Source of the DNA: Candidatus Saganbacteria bacterium CG08_land_8_20_14_0_20_45_16
Lineage (GTDB): Bacteria; Margulisbacteria; WOR-1; O2-12-FULL-45-9
Length of the DNA: 64,000 nucleotides
Direction: 5' to 3'
NCBI GenBank assembly: GCA_002774365.1
Contig: PEYM01000148.1
Location: forward strand, 692-64,691
Shown: positions 18,248-27,922 of the stretch, piece by piece
How positions within the stretch are numbered: the stretch's first letter is position 1
How the letters are laid out: every line of letters begins with the position of its first letter
The notes under the pieces: model-generated
What the model saw: only the letters and a program-made list of their open reading frames with translations
What the model was told of the DNA's origin: nothing
Database searches by the model: none
Made by a program: the position numbers and the translations under genes

Positions 18248-18966
18248 AGTTCAAAATTCTCCCCCAGGTAAAATTTCTTGGCCTCTGGTGACCTGGCAAT
18301 CTCTTCAGATTTGCCAGACACCATGATCTCGCCCTTATGGATAATGTAGGACCGGTCAGTTATGGCCAATGTTTCGCGAACATTATGGTCAGTGATCAAG
18401 ACCCCGATCCCTTTGGTGGTTAGGTGTTTAACAATAGATTGAAGGTCATGCAGGGTTTTGGGGTCAATACCGGTAAACGGCTCGTCCAGCAAAAGAAAGG
18501 ATGGGTTAGTTGACAAGGCGCGGGCAATTTCTACCCTGCGTTGTTCGCCGCCGGAGAGGGTGTAGGCCTTTTGTTTTCTAAGGTGATATACGCCCAGTTC
18601 GTCCAGCAGCTCCTTTAGTTTTTCATGGCGCTCTTTACGCTTGATCTGAGGCATAAGCTCCCACAGGATCATAATATTTTCCTCAACAGTTAATTTGCGA
18701 AAGATTGATGGCTCTTGGGCCAGGTAACCGAGTCCCAGGTGGGCCCGGCGGTGCATGGGCAAGTTAGTGATGTCATGTTCCCCTTTAAAAACTTTTCCCT
18801 CATTGGGTTTGATCAGGCCAACGACCATGTAAAAGGTGGTGGTCTTTCCTGCACCATTAGGGCCAAGCAAACCAACGATCTCTCCCTCTTTGACCTCAAT
18901 GGAAATATGATTGACTGCGACCTTTTTGCCGTATCGCTTGACTAGATTTTCTGTTTTAATATACAT
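18244..18966 (-). CDS. lptB: LPS export ABC transporter ATP-binding protein LptB
   Basis: 240 aa. Walker A GPNGAGKTT, ABC signature LSGGEQRR, Walker B LLLDEP. Short LptB-like C-terminus. Confidence 0.85.
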   Translation of the reverse strand: MYIKTENLVKRYGKKVAVNHISIEVKEGEIVGLLGPNGAGKTTTFYMVVGLIKPNEGKVFKGEHDITNLPMHRRAHLGLGYLAQEPSIFRKLTVEENIMILWELMPQIKRKERHEKLKELLDELGVYHLRKQKAYTLSGGEQRRVEIARALSTNPSFLLLDEPFTGIDPKTLHDLQSIVKHLTTKGIGVLITDHNVRETLAITDRSYIIHKGEIMVSGKSEEIARSPEAKKFYLGENFEL

Positions 18967-19096
18967 ATTTATACCTCGTTATGTCTCAAAAAAGCTGAAA
19001 TTTTTGCCAATTTCTAACGATAATATTATAGAGTGGTTGGCATCGATTCGCAAGTAACATTCACTTGAGGGAATGGAATAAACTTTGTTTCCAAAA

Positions 19097-20110
19097 CTAA
19101 GTTCTATTTGTGAACCCAATCAATTCTTCCAGCTTTTTATTAGCCGCGCCAGAATCAATCGCTTCTGCAGCCAGTCTAATTCCATGTTTTATGTCTTTGG
19201 CTTTTCCGCCAACATAAATCGCGGCGCCAGCGTTGAGCAAAACCATATTACGCTTGGTTCCTTTTTCCTTGCTGTTAAGAATTTCCAGGGCAATGGCTGC
19301 ATTCTTGTTAGCACTGCCGCCTAAGAGTTCTTCTTTCTTACCTTTGGCCAGACCAACATCTTTAGGCGAGAGCTCAAAGGTTTTAACTTTGCCATCCTTA
19401 AGCTCGGAGACTTTTGTTTTGCCGGAAATAGACATCTCATCCAGTCCGTCCAAGCCGTGGACAACTAAGGCGTGGGTTGTGCCCAGGTTTTTTAGAACTT
19501 TAGCCAGCATTTCTGTTAGATCAGGACTAAAAACCCCTAGAACTTGAGCACTAGCGTGGGCTGGATTAGTTAGCGGGCCTAAAATATTAAAAACAGTGCG
19601 GATCCCGATCTCGCGACGGGAGGGCATGGCAAATTTCATGGCCTTATGGAAATTTGGGGCAAAGATAAAACCGATCCCCACTTCATTGATACAAGCCTCA
19701 ACCTTTTTTGGCTCAAGATCAATTTTTACACCGAGCGCTTCTAAAACATCGGCTGAACCGCACTTTGAGGAGACTGACCGGTTACCGTGTTTGGCCACCG
19801 GCATGCCATTAGCGGCCACAACAATGGCAGAAATCGTTGAGACGTTAAAAGTGCCGGAGACATCCCCTCCTGTGCCGCAGGTGTCGACGAGGTTTTTTTG
19901 TTTAGGGTAGATATTGATGGCGTGCTCACGCATCTTTTGGGCGCAGCCAGTGATTTCTTCAACTGTTTCCCCTTTCATCCGCAAGGCAGTGATAAAAGCA
20001 GCGATCTGCGATGGGGTAGCTTCCCCTTTCATTATTGTATCCATGGCTAGGGCAGCTTCAGCTTGGGTGAGATTTTTTTGGTCAACAATTTTCTTTATTA
20101 ATTCTTTCAT
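19097..20110 (-). CDS. trpD: Anthranilate phosphoribosyltransferase
   Basis: 337 aa. GTGGD motif, NxxGP, and the typical TrpD N-terminal helical domain. No other trp genes in the window. Confidence 0.8.
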   Translation of the reverse strand: MKELIKKIVDQKNLTQAEAALAMDTIMKGEATPSQIAAFITALRMKGETVEEITGCAQKMREHAINIYPKQKNLVDTCGTGGDVSGTFNVSTISAIVVAANGMPVAKHGNRSVSSKCGSADVLEALGVKIDLEPKKVEACINEVGIGFIFAPNFHKAMKFAMPSRREIGIRTVFNILGPLTNPAHASAQVLGVFSPDLTEMLAKVLKNLGTTHALVVHGLDGLDEMSISGKTKVSELKDGKVKTFELSPKDVGLAKGKKEELLGGSANKNAAIALEILNSKEKGTKRNMVLLNAGAAIYVGGKAKDIKHGIRLAAEAIDSGAANKKLEELIGFTNRT

Positions 20111-20979
20111 TGTGCTATAATTGTAGCGTGAAAAAAAGGTCCTTTCAACAGATCATTTTTGGGCTCAATCAATTCTGGGCCGACCAGGGTTGTGTTATCC
20201 GCCAGCCGTATGATGTTGAAAAAGGGGCAGGGACTATGTCACCAGCTACTTTTCTTGGGGTTTTAGGGCCAAAACCGTGGAATGTCGCTTATATTGATCC
20301 GGTGCGAAGGCCAACCGACGGACGTTACGGTGAAAATCCCAACCGCCTCTTTCATTATTTTCAATACCAGGTCATTATGAAACCTTCACCTAAGAACATT
20401 CAAGAGATGTATCTTGATTCCTTGCGGGCCATCAACGTTGAGCCAGCCAAGCATGATGTTCGTTTTGTCGAGGATAATTGGGAGTCGCCAACGCTTGGTG
20501 CTTGGGGGACAGGTTGGGAGGTCTGGGCTGAGGGGATGGAAATTACCCAATTTACCTATTTTCAGGAGTGTGGGGGAATTTCGTGCCAACCAATTCCGGT
20601 TGAGATCACTTACGGGCTTGAGCGTTTGGCCATGTTTATCCAAAAGGTTAACAGCGTTTACGATGTAGAATGGACAAAGGGTGTTAGATACGGTGATATT
20701 TATCTGCGGCAGGAGCAGGAGCACTCAAAATATAATTTTGAAGAGGCAGATGTTAAAATGCTCTCGGCGCTGTTTGAATCTTATGAACAAGAAGCCTTAA
20801 AGTTGCTAGCAAAACAACTGGCCCTGCCAGCGTATGATTATATTTTGAAATGTTCACACTCTTTTAATATTCTTGACGCGCGGGGAGCGATATCTGTTTC
20901 AGAAAGAACGGCGTATATTTTGCGGATTCGCAAATTAGCGAGGAGATGTGCCCAAATTTATGTTGAATGCACTGCTTGA
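20110..20979 (+). CDS. glyQ: Glycine--tRNA ligase alpha subunit
   Basis: Highly conserved GlyQ sequence ([30 protein letters not shown]). The real start may be GTG 20128, because ATG 20110 abuts the divergent trpD start. Confidence 0.9.
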   Translation: MCYNCSVKKRSFQQIIFGLNQFWADQGCVIRQPYDVEKGAGTMSPATFLGVLGPKPWNVAYIDPVRRPTDGRYGENPNRLFHYFQYQVIMKPSPKNIQEMYLDSLRAINVEPAKHDVRFVEDNWESPTLGAWGTGWEVWAEGMEITQFTYFQECGGISCQPIPVEITYGLERLAMFIQKVNSVYDVEWTKGVRYGDIYLRQEQEHSKYNFEEADVKMLSALFESYEQEALKLLAKQLALPAYDYILKCSHSFNILDARGAISVSERTAYILRIRKLARRCAQIYVECTA

Positions 20980-23041
20980 AATAGGTTGCGAGGAGATCCC
21001 GGCCCGGTTTATGCCTGGCTTTCTTGAGGACTTAAAAAAGAAAGCAGAAGAAAAACTAACAGCCGAGAGAATTTCCTTTGGAAAAATGGAGACTCTTGGT
21101 ACCTATCGCCGGCTGACTCTATATATAGAAAATATTGCCCAACGTCAAACAGACCTTTCTTTTGAAGCCAAAGGCCCACCAGCTAATGTGGCTTTTGATA
21201 AACAAGGCAAACCTACTCCTGCGGCGATCGGTTTTGCCAAAAAGCAGGGGCTAAGCCTTGACGATTTAAAAGTTGAAAGCAATTATGTGGTGGGGAGGGT
21301 CTTAAAAAAGGGTTTACCAACTAGCAAGATTTTGCAAACAGCATTTCCCGAGATTATTGTTTCACTATATCAACCGCTTTCAATGAGATGGGGCAGCGAG
21401 GAGTTTAAGTTTATTCGGCCCATTCATTGGGTGGTTGGGTTATTGGGTGATCAGGTGGTAAAGTTTGCAATTGCTGGAGTGAAGAGTGGGGATAAAACAC
21501 AAGGGCACAGGTATAAGCAGAAAAGCAGAAAAGCAGAAAAGCTGATAGCAAATATCAGTAAATATAGAAAGGCGTTAAAAAACCTTGGGGTCATTGTTGA
21601 TCAAAAGGAACGCAAGGTTTTGATCAAAAATCAGGTTGAGCAAGCAGCTCGGAAAATTAAGCAGCGCGCGGTAATTGACCCGCTGCTTTTGGACGAGGTC
21701 ACGTATTTAGTTGAAAGCCCAATCGCGTATTTGGGTAGGTTTGAACCTTCTTTTCTTAAAATCCCTCAAGAGGTTTTAATTACCTCGATGCAAAAAAACC
21801 AAAAATATTTTCCCGTGGTTGACCAGCAGCAAAAGCTCCAGCCAGCTTTTGTCGTAGTGACTGATGGCAGCCATTCAGCCAGAGTGGTTGAGGGCAATCA
21901 AAAGGTTCTTTCAGCTAGGCTAGCTGATGCCAAGTTCTTTTTTGATGAGGACAGACAAAAGCCCTTTGCAAATAAGGTGACAGCCTTGGCCGAGATTGGC
22001 TTTTTTGAGGGCTTAGGCTCATTAAAAGACAAGGTTGAAAGAATGTCCAAGCTTGCTGAGTGGCTGGGCAAACGTTTAGGCCTGTCGCCTGAGGAGCAGT
22101 ACACTGCTTTGCGGATTGTCTTGCTCTGCAAGGCCGATCTAACAACTAAGATGGTTTATGATTTTCCTGTTTTGCAAGGTGTGATGGGGCGTGAATACGC
22201 TCTCTTGTCTGGCGAAGACGCGCGGGTTGCCAACGGGATTTTTGAGCATTACCTTCCCAGGTTTTCTGGTGATGGCTTGCCCAAGCAGAGGGAAAGCGTA
22301 GTGGTGGCTTTGGCTGATCGTTTTGATTCTTTGGTCGGTTGTTTTTGTCTTGGCGCAATTCCCACTGGTTCAACTGATCCTTATGGCTTGCGGCGGGCGG
22401 CCAATGGCATTATTAAAATTATTCAAGGCCAGCAGCTGAACCTTTTGCTTAGTGAAACGATCGAGCACTCATATAAATTGTATGAGCCTCTTTTAAAAGG
22501 TAAGACAGCAAAGGCGTTGCCAGCAGTGCAAGGAGAATTGCTGGCTTTTATTGCGGCCAGGCTAAAACAGTTGCTTTTAGACGATGGCCAACGCTACGAT
22601 ATTGTTGAGGCTGCGTTGTCAAGGTTTAATGATGTGCTGGATGTTCTTAATAAGACCAAGGCTTTGACAGCGTGCTTGGCCAAGGCTTGGTTCGCCGGGG
22701 TGATTGCTTCAGCTGATCGCGTGGCCAGGCTGGCCAAGAACGCGACCAGGGACGAGGTTATTGAAGCTGACTTGCTTGAACCGGCAGAAAAAGAGCTCAA
22801 CTCCCTTTATTTAAAAATTAATTGGTCGGTTGGCGAGGCGATCAACCAGGAGAATTGGCCTAAGGCTTTAGAGGAGTTAGCTCCGTTAACTGGGCCAATC
22901 GAGAATTTTTTCAACCAGATTTTGGTCATGCATAAAGATGAAAGGATTAGGACAAACCGCTTAGCTTTGCTGAAATCGCTGGACAGGCTTTATCGGCAGG
23001 TGGCTGACCTGCCCAAGATAATCTTAGCCAATGAAAAATAA
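20948..23041 (+). CDS. glyS: Glycine--tRNA ligase beta subunit
   Basis: 697 aa. GlyS N-terminal domain and anticodon-binding region. Overlaps the glyQ end. Confidence 0.85.
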   Translation: MPKFMLNALLEIGCEEIPARFMPGFLEDLKKKAEEKLTAERISFGKMETLGTYRRLTLYIENIAQRQTDLSFEAKGPPANVAFDKQGKPTPAAIGFAKKQGLSLDDLKVESNYVVGRVLKKGLPTSKILQTAFPEIIVSLYQPLSMRWGSEEFKFIRPIHWVVGLLGDQVVKFAIAGVKSGDKTQGHRYKQKSRKAEKLIANISKYRKALKNLGVIVDQKERKVLIKNQVEQAARKIKQRAVIDPLLLDEVTYLVESPIAYLGRFEPSFLKIPQEVLITSMQKNQKYFPVVDQQQKLQPAFVVVTDGSHSARVVEGNQKVLSARLADAKFFFDEDRQKPFANKVTALAEIGFFEGLGSLKDKVERMSKLAEWLGKRLGLSPEEQYTALRIVLLCKADLTTKMVYDFPVLQGVMGREYALLSGEDARVANGIFEHYLPRFSGDGLPKQRESVVVALADRFDSLVGCFCLGAIPTGSTDPYGLRRAANGIIKIIQGQQLNLLLSETIEHSYKLYEPLLKGKTAKALPAVQGELLAFIAARLKQLLLDDGQRYDIVEAALSRFNDVLDVLNKTKALTACLAKAWFAGVIASADRVARLAKNATRDEVIEADLLEPAEKELNSLYLKINWSVGEAINQENWPKALEELAPLTGPIENFFNQILVMHKDERIRTNRLALLKSLDRLYRQVADLPKIILANEK

Positions 23042-24890
23042 TTTTCTTGTTTTATTGCTTGTTCTTATTGGGGCCATTTTGCTGACTAATAGCTGTGGCC
23101 TTTTTAGCCCGTCGACCACAAATCAAGAAACAACGACCACTGCGGCTGCCAGCACAACGATTGCTGGGGCAACAACAAGTACTACTATGGCTATTGGATT
23201 GACAACAACTACTACCACTACAAATACCAGTGCCAGCACTACGACACTACCTTCTCCCAGTACTACGAGCACAACCACAAGTACCACGATATCCACCACC
23301 ACGACCAGCACCACAACTACGATACTCCCTTCTCCCAGTAGTACGAGTACAACCACAAGTACCACGATATCCACTGCCACGACCAGCACCACGACTACTA
23401 CTGTGGTTGGAGTTACAACTACGACAATAATCACCTCAACAACAACCACTACTATTGCTGAGCCAACTAACTTGAGGGGGACGTCGAGTCTAACTGGGGT
23501 AACATTGTTTTGGGATGCTGTTGTTGGTGCTCATTCTTATAATTTGTATTGGTCAAATACTTCTGGGGTGACCAAGACCAACGGAACAAAAATTGCGGAT
23601 GTGACCAGCCCATATATTCATAATAATTTAGTAAATGGGCGTGCGTATTATTATGTAGTAACTGGTGTGGCCGTAGATAACAGGGAAAGCCGAGAGTCAG
23701 CGGAGTTTGTGGTCGTGCCGCAAGCAGTTGGCGCGCTTGATGAAAGTTTTAATGCTGATGGAGTGGTTATTTATAATGGTTTGTCAGCTTGGGGTACCGA
23801 CGTAACTGAATCAGCCTCAGGGAACCTTTATGTGTCTGGTTCCATTGGTCTTGATCTAGCTTTGCTGGCTTTTGCTGAGAATGGAGAGCCCCTTCACACC
23901 TTTGGCAGTGATGGGGTGGTACGAAAAGATATTGCCGGTAGTTTTGATGATGGGAGAGCGCTTATCTTTGATCAGTCTGGTCGATTATTGGTGGCTGGCT
24001 ATGGTCTTATCGCAACGAAAACGTCTACTGCTGTTTTGCTAAGATATGATGATAGCGGCCATCTTGATACAAGTTTTGGTATTAGCGGCCTGGCTACTTT
24101 TGGTGCTAGTTCTTATACTTATAATGGTTGGGAGGGCTTGGCCCTGGATAGCGCTGGACGCATTTTTGCGGGAGGTTATTATAGCCAGAGCGAATTAACG
24201 AGTAGGGAAGGAACAATTGCTTGTTACAATGATGATGGCTGGCTGGATTTGTCCTTTGATGGTACTGGTTTTGTAACTTATGGAGAGGATAATAAACATG
24301 ATTATTGCCAGGCAGTTGCGGTCAACAGCTCTGGCCAGGTCTTGGCTTGTGGCACTGTGGGTAAGGAAACACAGGATGTTGCCTTGCTAAGATATGAGGC
24401 CTCTGGTGTTATCGATGAAACTTTTGATGTGGCAGGGCTTTTTTCGTATGATTTTGGCCACCGAAATGACTTGGGCAGGGCCTTGGTGCTTGATAATTCT
24501 GGCAGGATATTGTTGTTGGGCTTTTACCGGGGCAGTTATGGCAAGATGGACACTTTTGTGATGCGTTTGTTAAACGATGGAGTAGCGGACCCTGCTTTTA
24601 GCGTTATTTCTTTGGCTTCTTCTACCTTTGACATTGAGGGTGATTTCTTGGCTTTGGATAAGGCGGGTAAGATTCTCGTGGCTGGTAGGTATGGCAACGA
24701 TATTTTTCTAAGACGTTATGATAGTAATGGCCAACTCGATACGTTATTTGGCGATAATGGGCAGGTGCTTTTTGACCATAATTTAGGGATTGATAGCTGT
24801 ATAGGAGGATTGGTTGACCATCAAGGTCGAATAGTTTTGGTAGGGTCTGTTAATGCTGGTAATGGGTTGCTGTTGCTTCGGTATAAGTAA
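23031..24890 (+). CDS. Secreted lipoprotein: Thr/Ser-rich mucin-like linker, FN3 domain, and tandem delta-60-type beta-propeller repeats
   Basis: Signal peptide ending LLTNSCG. About 110 aa are T/S-rich, including two 26-aa tandem repeats. An FN3-like segment (YNLYWSNTSG...RAYYYVVTGV) follows. Then come roughly 8 repeats of about 50 aa with a FxxDGxx...D..G(K/R)ILxxG pattern (delta-60 repeat family). Confidence 0.55.
   Translation: MKNNFLVLLLVLIGAILLTNSCGLFSPSTTNQETTTTAAASTTIAGATTSTTMAIGLTTTTTTTNTSASTTTLPSPSTTSTTTSTTISTTTTSTTTTILPSPSSTSTTTSTTISTATTSTTTTTVVGVTTTTIITSTTTTTIAEPTNLRGTSSLTGVTLFWDAVVGAHSYNLYWSNTSGVTKTNGTKIADVTSPYIHNNLVNGRAYYYVVTGVAVDNRESRESAEFVVVPQAVGALDESFNADGVVIYNGLSAWGTDVTESASGNLYVSGSIGLDLALLAFAENGEPLHTFGSDGVVRKDIAGSFDDGRALIFDQSGRLLVAGYGLIATKTSTAVLLRYDDSGHLDTSFGISGLATFGASSYTYNGWEGLALDSAGRIFAGGYYSQSELTSREGTIACYNDDGWLDLSFDGTGFVTYGEDNKHDYCQAVAVNSSGQVLACGTVGKETQDVALLRYEASGVIDETFDVAGLFSYDFGHRNDLGRALVLDNSGRILLLGFYRGSYGKMDTFVMRLLNDGVADPAFSVISLASSTFDIEGDFLALDKAGKILVAGRYGNDIFLRRYDSNGQLDTLFGDNGQVLFDHNLGIDSCIGGLVDHQGRIVLVGSVNAGNGLLLLRYK
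23247..23402 (+). repeat. Perfectly phased 78-bp x2 tandem repeat encoding LPSPS(T/S)TSTTTSTTIST(T/A)TTSTTTT(I/T)
   Basis: The units 23247-23324 and 23325-23402 are about 88% identical at DNA level, in frame within the 23031 CDS. Confidence 0.8.
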
Positions 24891-24931
24891 TAACTAAATA
24901 ATACAGGGGATTCGTTGGCGAGAAAAGGCCG

Positions 24932-24961
24932 TTGACTTCCTGTTCAGTAAAACGCTACAAT
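24932..24961 (+). promoter_or_regulatory. Candidate sigma70-type promoter (TTGACT-18 nt-TACAAT) in the 162-bp gap upstream of the glycosylation island
   Basis: TTGACT at 24932-24937 and TACAAT at 24956-24961. Next CDS starts at 25053 with RBS AAGGAGAG. Confidence 0.3.
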
Positions 24962-25052
24962 TTACCTTGAGTGTTCTTGTGATTTGTAGATAATTGCCTC
25001 CAGAGTCGGCAGATCTGTCGGTCAAATATCTAAAAAAATTAAAAGGAGAGGC

Positions 25053-25856
25053 TTGATGAAAAAACTATTGATATTTGGGTTGGTCCTGTTTTGTTTCTCC
25101 AAGGTTGCTTTGGCTTCTTATATTACTTTGCAAACTTCTGTCACGACCAAAATTGAGGCTAGCAGCCTTAAGGTTTTGGTGGCAGTGGAGAATAAAGGTG
25201 ACGAATCAGCTTATAATGTTCAGGCAGAAATTAGGGCTTTGGGCACTAAGGTCTTGGCTAAGAGAGCTTCAGAAGTTGCGATTAATGGTCGTTATGAGGC
25301 TTATGAAGAGCTCAATCTTGATCTGGCAAAACCAGGTGAATATCCGCTCGTTGTCGTCATGCACTATGCCGACGCTAACCAGTACCCTTTTTCCGCCTTG
25401 ACCTGCCAAACCTTTAATTATCGAGCGCAATCTGTGCCGGCTGAGCTCTTTGGCAAGCTGACCTCAGATAAATTTTGGGACAAGGGCAGGGTGTTTTTGA
25501 CCTTAAAAAATTTGTCAGAAAGCGATTTGACGCTCAAGGTTTTACTGGTCGGTCCGCAAGAACTTAATTTCCCAGGAGACAAAACGCTTGCTTTGGCTGG
25601 GAAAGGGACGGCCAAGGTTAATTTTGAGGTGGGCAATTTCTCCGCGCTTTCTGGCAGTACCTATCAAATCTTTGCCTTGGCAGAATATGATCAGGCTGGC
25701 CGACATCAGACAATTATTACCCAGGGGACGGTGCGCCTGGTCCAAGAAAGCGTGTTCTTGGGCCTAAAGTACTCTTATTTAGTGGCCTTGCTAATTGGCT
25801 TGGTTTTGGTCTTTATTTTTGTCCAGTTTGGCTTACCGCTCTTAAATAAAAAATAG
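25053..25856 (+). CDS. Secreted protein with two CARDB/DUF11-like Ig-fold repeats and a C-terminal TM anchor
   Basis: Signal peptide. Two segments resembling CARDB (KVLVAVENKGDESAYNVQAEI; RVFLTLKNLSESDLTLKVLL). Hydrophobic C-terminal helix LVALLIGLVLVFIFVQFGL. Confidence 0.4.
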   Translation: MMKKLLIFGLVLFCFSKVALASYITLQTSVTTKIEASSLKVLVAVENKGDESAYNVQAEIRALGTKVLAKRASEVAINGRYEAYEELNLDLAKPGEYPLVVVMHYADANQYPFSALTCQTFNYRAQSVPAELFGKLTSDKFWDKGRVFLTLKNLSESDLTLKVLLVGPQELNFPGDKTLALAGKGTAKVNFEVGNFSALSGSTYQIFALAEYDQAGRHQTIITQGTVRLVQESVFLGLKYSYLVALLIGLVLVFIFVQFGLPLLNKK

Positions 25857-25873
25857 CTTGATTAATAATTAAA

Positions 25874-27922
25874 GTGAAAAATCATACATTAATTGCTAGC
25901 CTAATCTTTGGCCTAATATTTATTTTTTTCTTTAGTTTTTTTGCCCCTGGACTGATTTTTGCTAAGACTTCAACCACAGGTGGAGATACGATCTCTCATT
26001 TCCCCACCGCTGTTTATTTAAAAAATGTTTTGTTGCCCACTGGTAATATTATGGGTTGGGACCAGGGCAATTATGCCGGCTATCCGCTTTTTTATCATTA
26101 TTTTCCTTTGACTTTTATTGTTATGGCTGTGCTTAGTTTTATTATGCCCATTGAGATAGCTTTTAAGATTGGGACAATTTTAGGGACGTTCCTTTTGCCG
26201 GTTTGTACCTACTTTGCCCTGCGCGCCATGAAATATTCTTTTCCTATTCCCTTGCTCAGTGCTTGTTTTACCTTGCCGTTTCTTTTTATGGAAGCAAATT
26301 CAATGTGGGGCGGCAATATCCCAAGCACTTTGGCTGGCGAGTCCTCTTATAGCTTTAGCTTTGCTTTGATGATCTTGTTTTTTGGCACGCTTTATGCTGG
26401 GATTAAAGATCAGAAATGGGTTGTGTCTAATTCTTTGTTGCTATTTGGCATTGGCTTAAGCCATGGCTTTACTTTTGTTTTTATTGGAGTGATTGCCCTC
26501 TTTTTTCTGTTTACTAAAAAAGATTTTGTGCGCAATCTGATCTATCTTTTCAAGGCCTTTAGTCTGGCTGTCTTGCTCTTGGGTTTTTGGTTTATCCCGT
26601 TCTTGGGTAATATTCCGTATGTTATTAGTTATGTTTCTAAGTGGTATGTTGATTCGATCTTCAAAATTATTCCGCCGATTCTAATGCCTTTCTGGGGCTT
26701 GAGTTTTGTGGCTTTATTCCTTAATCTGTTTGACCGGCGGACTGCTTACTTTATTCATGTGGTGGTGGCGAGTTTTATTTTGTATTGGCTAGCGCCAAAT
26801 ATCGGCATGCTTGATATTCGCTTTGTCCCGTTCATCCAGTTTTATCTGACAATTTTTGGGGCAACTGTGATCCTGGTCTTTTTGACTAAAATCAAAAATA
26901 AAGAGCTTTTGCCTTTTATTGTTTTTCTGGCAGTTACTTTGTGGGTGCTGCCTCATGTTACATATATTAAAGGGTGGATCAAATGGAATTACGAGGGCTT
27001 GGAAACTAAGTCCAGCTGGCCCTTGCTCCAAAAAATTCATTATCATTTGTCCGAGACAAAGGTGGGGCGAGTGGTTTACGAACATTCGCCCAAACATAAT
27101 ATCTTTGGCAGTGAACGGATCTTTGAAAACCTGTCTAATTACGCGGGCAGGAACACCTTAGAAGGCTTATATATGCAGTCTTCGATTAGTGCTCCTTTTG
27201 TGTTTTATATCCAGTCAGAGGTGTCAAAGCTTCATTCTGGTCCGTTCCCTCAATATAAATATTCTTATCTTAATTTGCCAGCAGCCCTGCCGCACCTAAA
27301 GCTTTTTAATGTTACTCAGTATATTGTCCGCAGCCCAGAAGCCAAGCAAGCAATTAAGAAAATACCTCAGCTTAAGTTGGAATGGAGCCTTGATGATTAT
27401 GAGATTTACCGGCTGACGAACAATGATGGGCATTATGTCGTTTTGCTCAAGAACGAGCCCGTCCTTTTTCAAACTAATGACTGGAAGCAAGATTTTTACG
27501 CCTGGTTCACGAATTTAGACGACTTGGAGATTCCCTTGGTTTACATTAAACATCCGACCGCTCAAGATCTAAAAAAATTCCCCTTGCGCAGTCATGACCT
27601 AGCGGCTTTGCCTAGGGTGGCGCTTCCTGATCAGCAGCCAGAGATCACAGAAAAGCTGCTCCCCCAGGAAATTGATTTTACCACCAACTTGATCGGTCGG
27701 CCGCATTTGATCAAGGTCTCATATCATCCCAACTGGCAGGTGGTAGGGGCGGACAAGATCTATTTGGTCTCACCTTCGTTTATGCTGGTCTACCCTAAAC
27801 AAGCCCACGTCCGCCTTTATTTTGGCAAAACAATCTACAATTATATTGGTGAAGTTATGAGCATTTTAGGGTTACTAATCCTTTTCTCTTCTGTTATAAT
27901 TAAGCGTAAAGATGCGCGATAA
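25874..27922 (+). CDS. Large polytopic membrane protein, putative GT-C-fold glycosyltransferase (YfhO/GtrC-like)
   Basis: 682 aa. About 12 N-terminal TM helices, a ~300-aa extracytoplasmic domain and a final TM. Directly followed by (and overlapping) a GtrB/CsbB-like GT2 gene, mirroring csbB-yfhO / gtrB-gtrC pairs. Confidence 0.45.
   Translation: MKNHTLIASLIFGLIFIFFFSFFAPGLIFAKTSTTGGDTISHFPTAVYLKNVLLPTGNIMGWDQGNYAGYPLFYHYFPLTFIVMAVLSFIMPIEIAFKIGTILGTFLLPVCTYFALRAMKYSFPIPLLSACFTLPFLFMEANSMWGGNIPSTLAGESSYSFSFALMILFFGTLYAGIKDQKWVVSNSLLLFGIGLSHGFTFVFIGVIALFFLFTKKDFVRNLIYLFKAFSLAVLLLGFWFIPFLGNIPYVISYVSKWYVDSIFKIIPPILMPFWGLSFVALFLNLFDRRTAYFIHVVVASFILYWLAPNIGMLDIRFVPFIQFYLTIFGATVILVFLTKIKNKELLPFIVFLAVTLWVLPHVTYIKGWIKWNYEGLETKSSWPLLQKIHYHLSETKVGRVVYEHSPKHNIFGSERIFENLSNYAGRNTLEGLYMQSSISAPFVFYIQSEVSKLHSGPFPQYKYSYLNLPAALPHLKLFNVTQYIVRSPEAKQAIKKIPQLKLEWSLDDYEIYRLTNNDGHYVVLLKNEPVLFQTNDWKQDFYAWFTNLDDLEIPLVYIKHPTAQDLKKFPLRSHDLAALPRVALPDQQPEITEKLLPQEIDFTTNLIGRPHLIKVSYHPNWQVVGADKIYLVSPSFMLVYPKQAHVRLYFGKTIYNYIGEVMSILGLLILFSSVIIKRKDAR

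Noticed and set aside
20110-20127. ATG 20110 as glyQ start, sharing a nucleotide with the divergent trpD start codon
   Set aside because: It is kept as the track coordinate but is probably not used. GTG 20128 ([11 protein letters not shown]…) aligns with the conserved GlyQ N-terminus and leaves an 18-nt divergent spacer. This cannot be resolved without an alignment.
23123-23449. Minus-strand 108-aa poly-Val/Thr ORF
   Set aside because: Antisense translation of the Thr-codon-rich (ACN) repeat region gives Val-rich (GTN) pseudo-protein. It is a compositional artefact.
24891-25052. Possible tRNA/ncRNA in the 162-bp intergenic gap
   Set aside because: No cloverleaf-compatible inverted repeats or conserved T-loop box. 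It is better explained as a promoter region (TTGACT/TACAAT) plus RBS.
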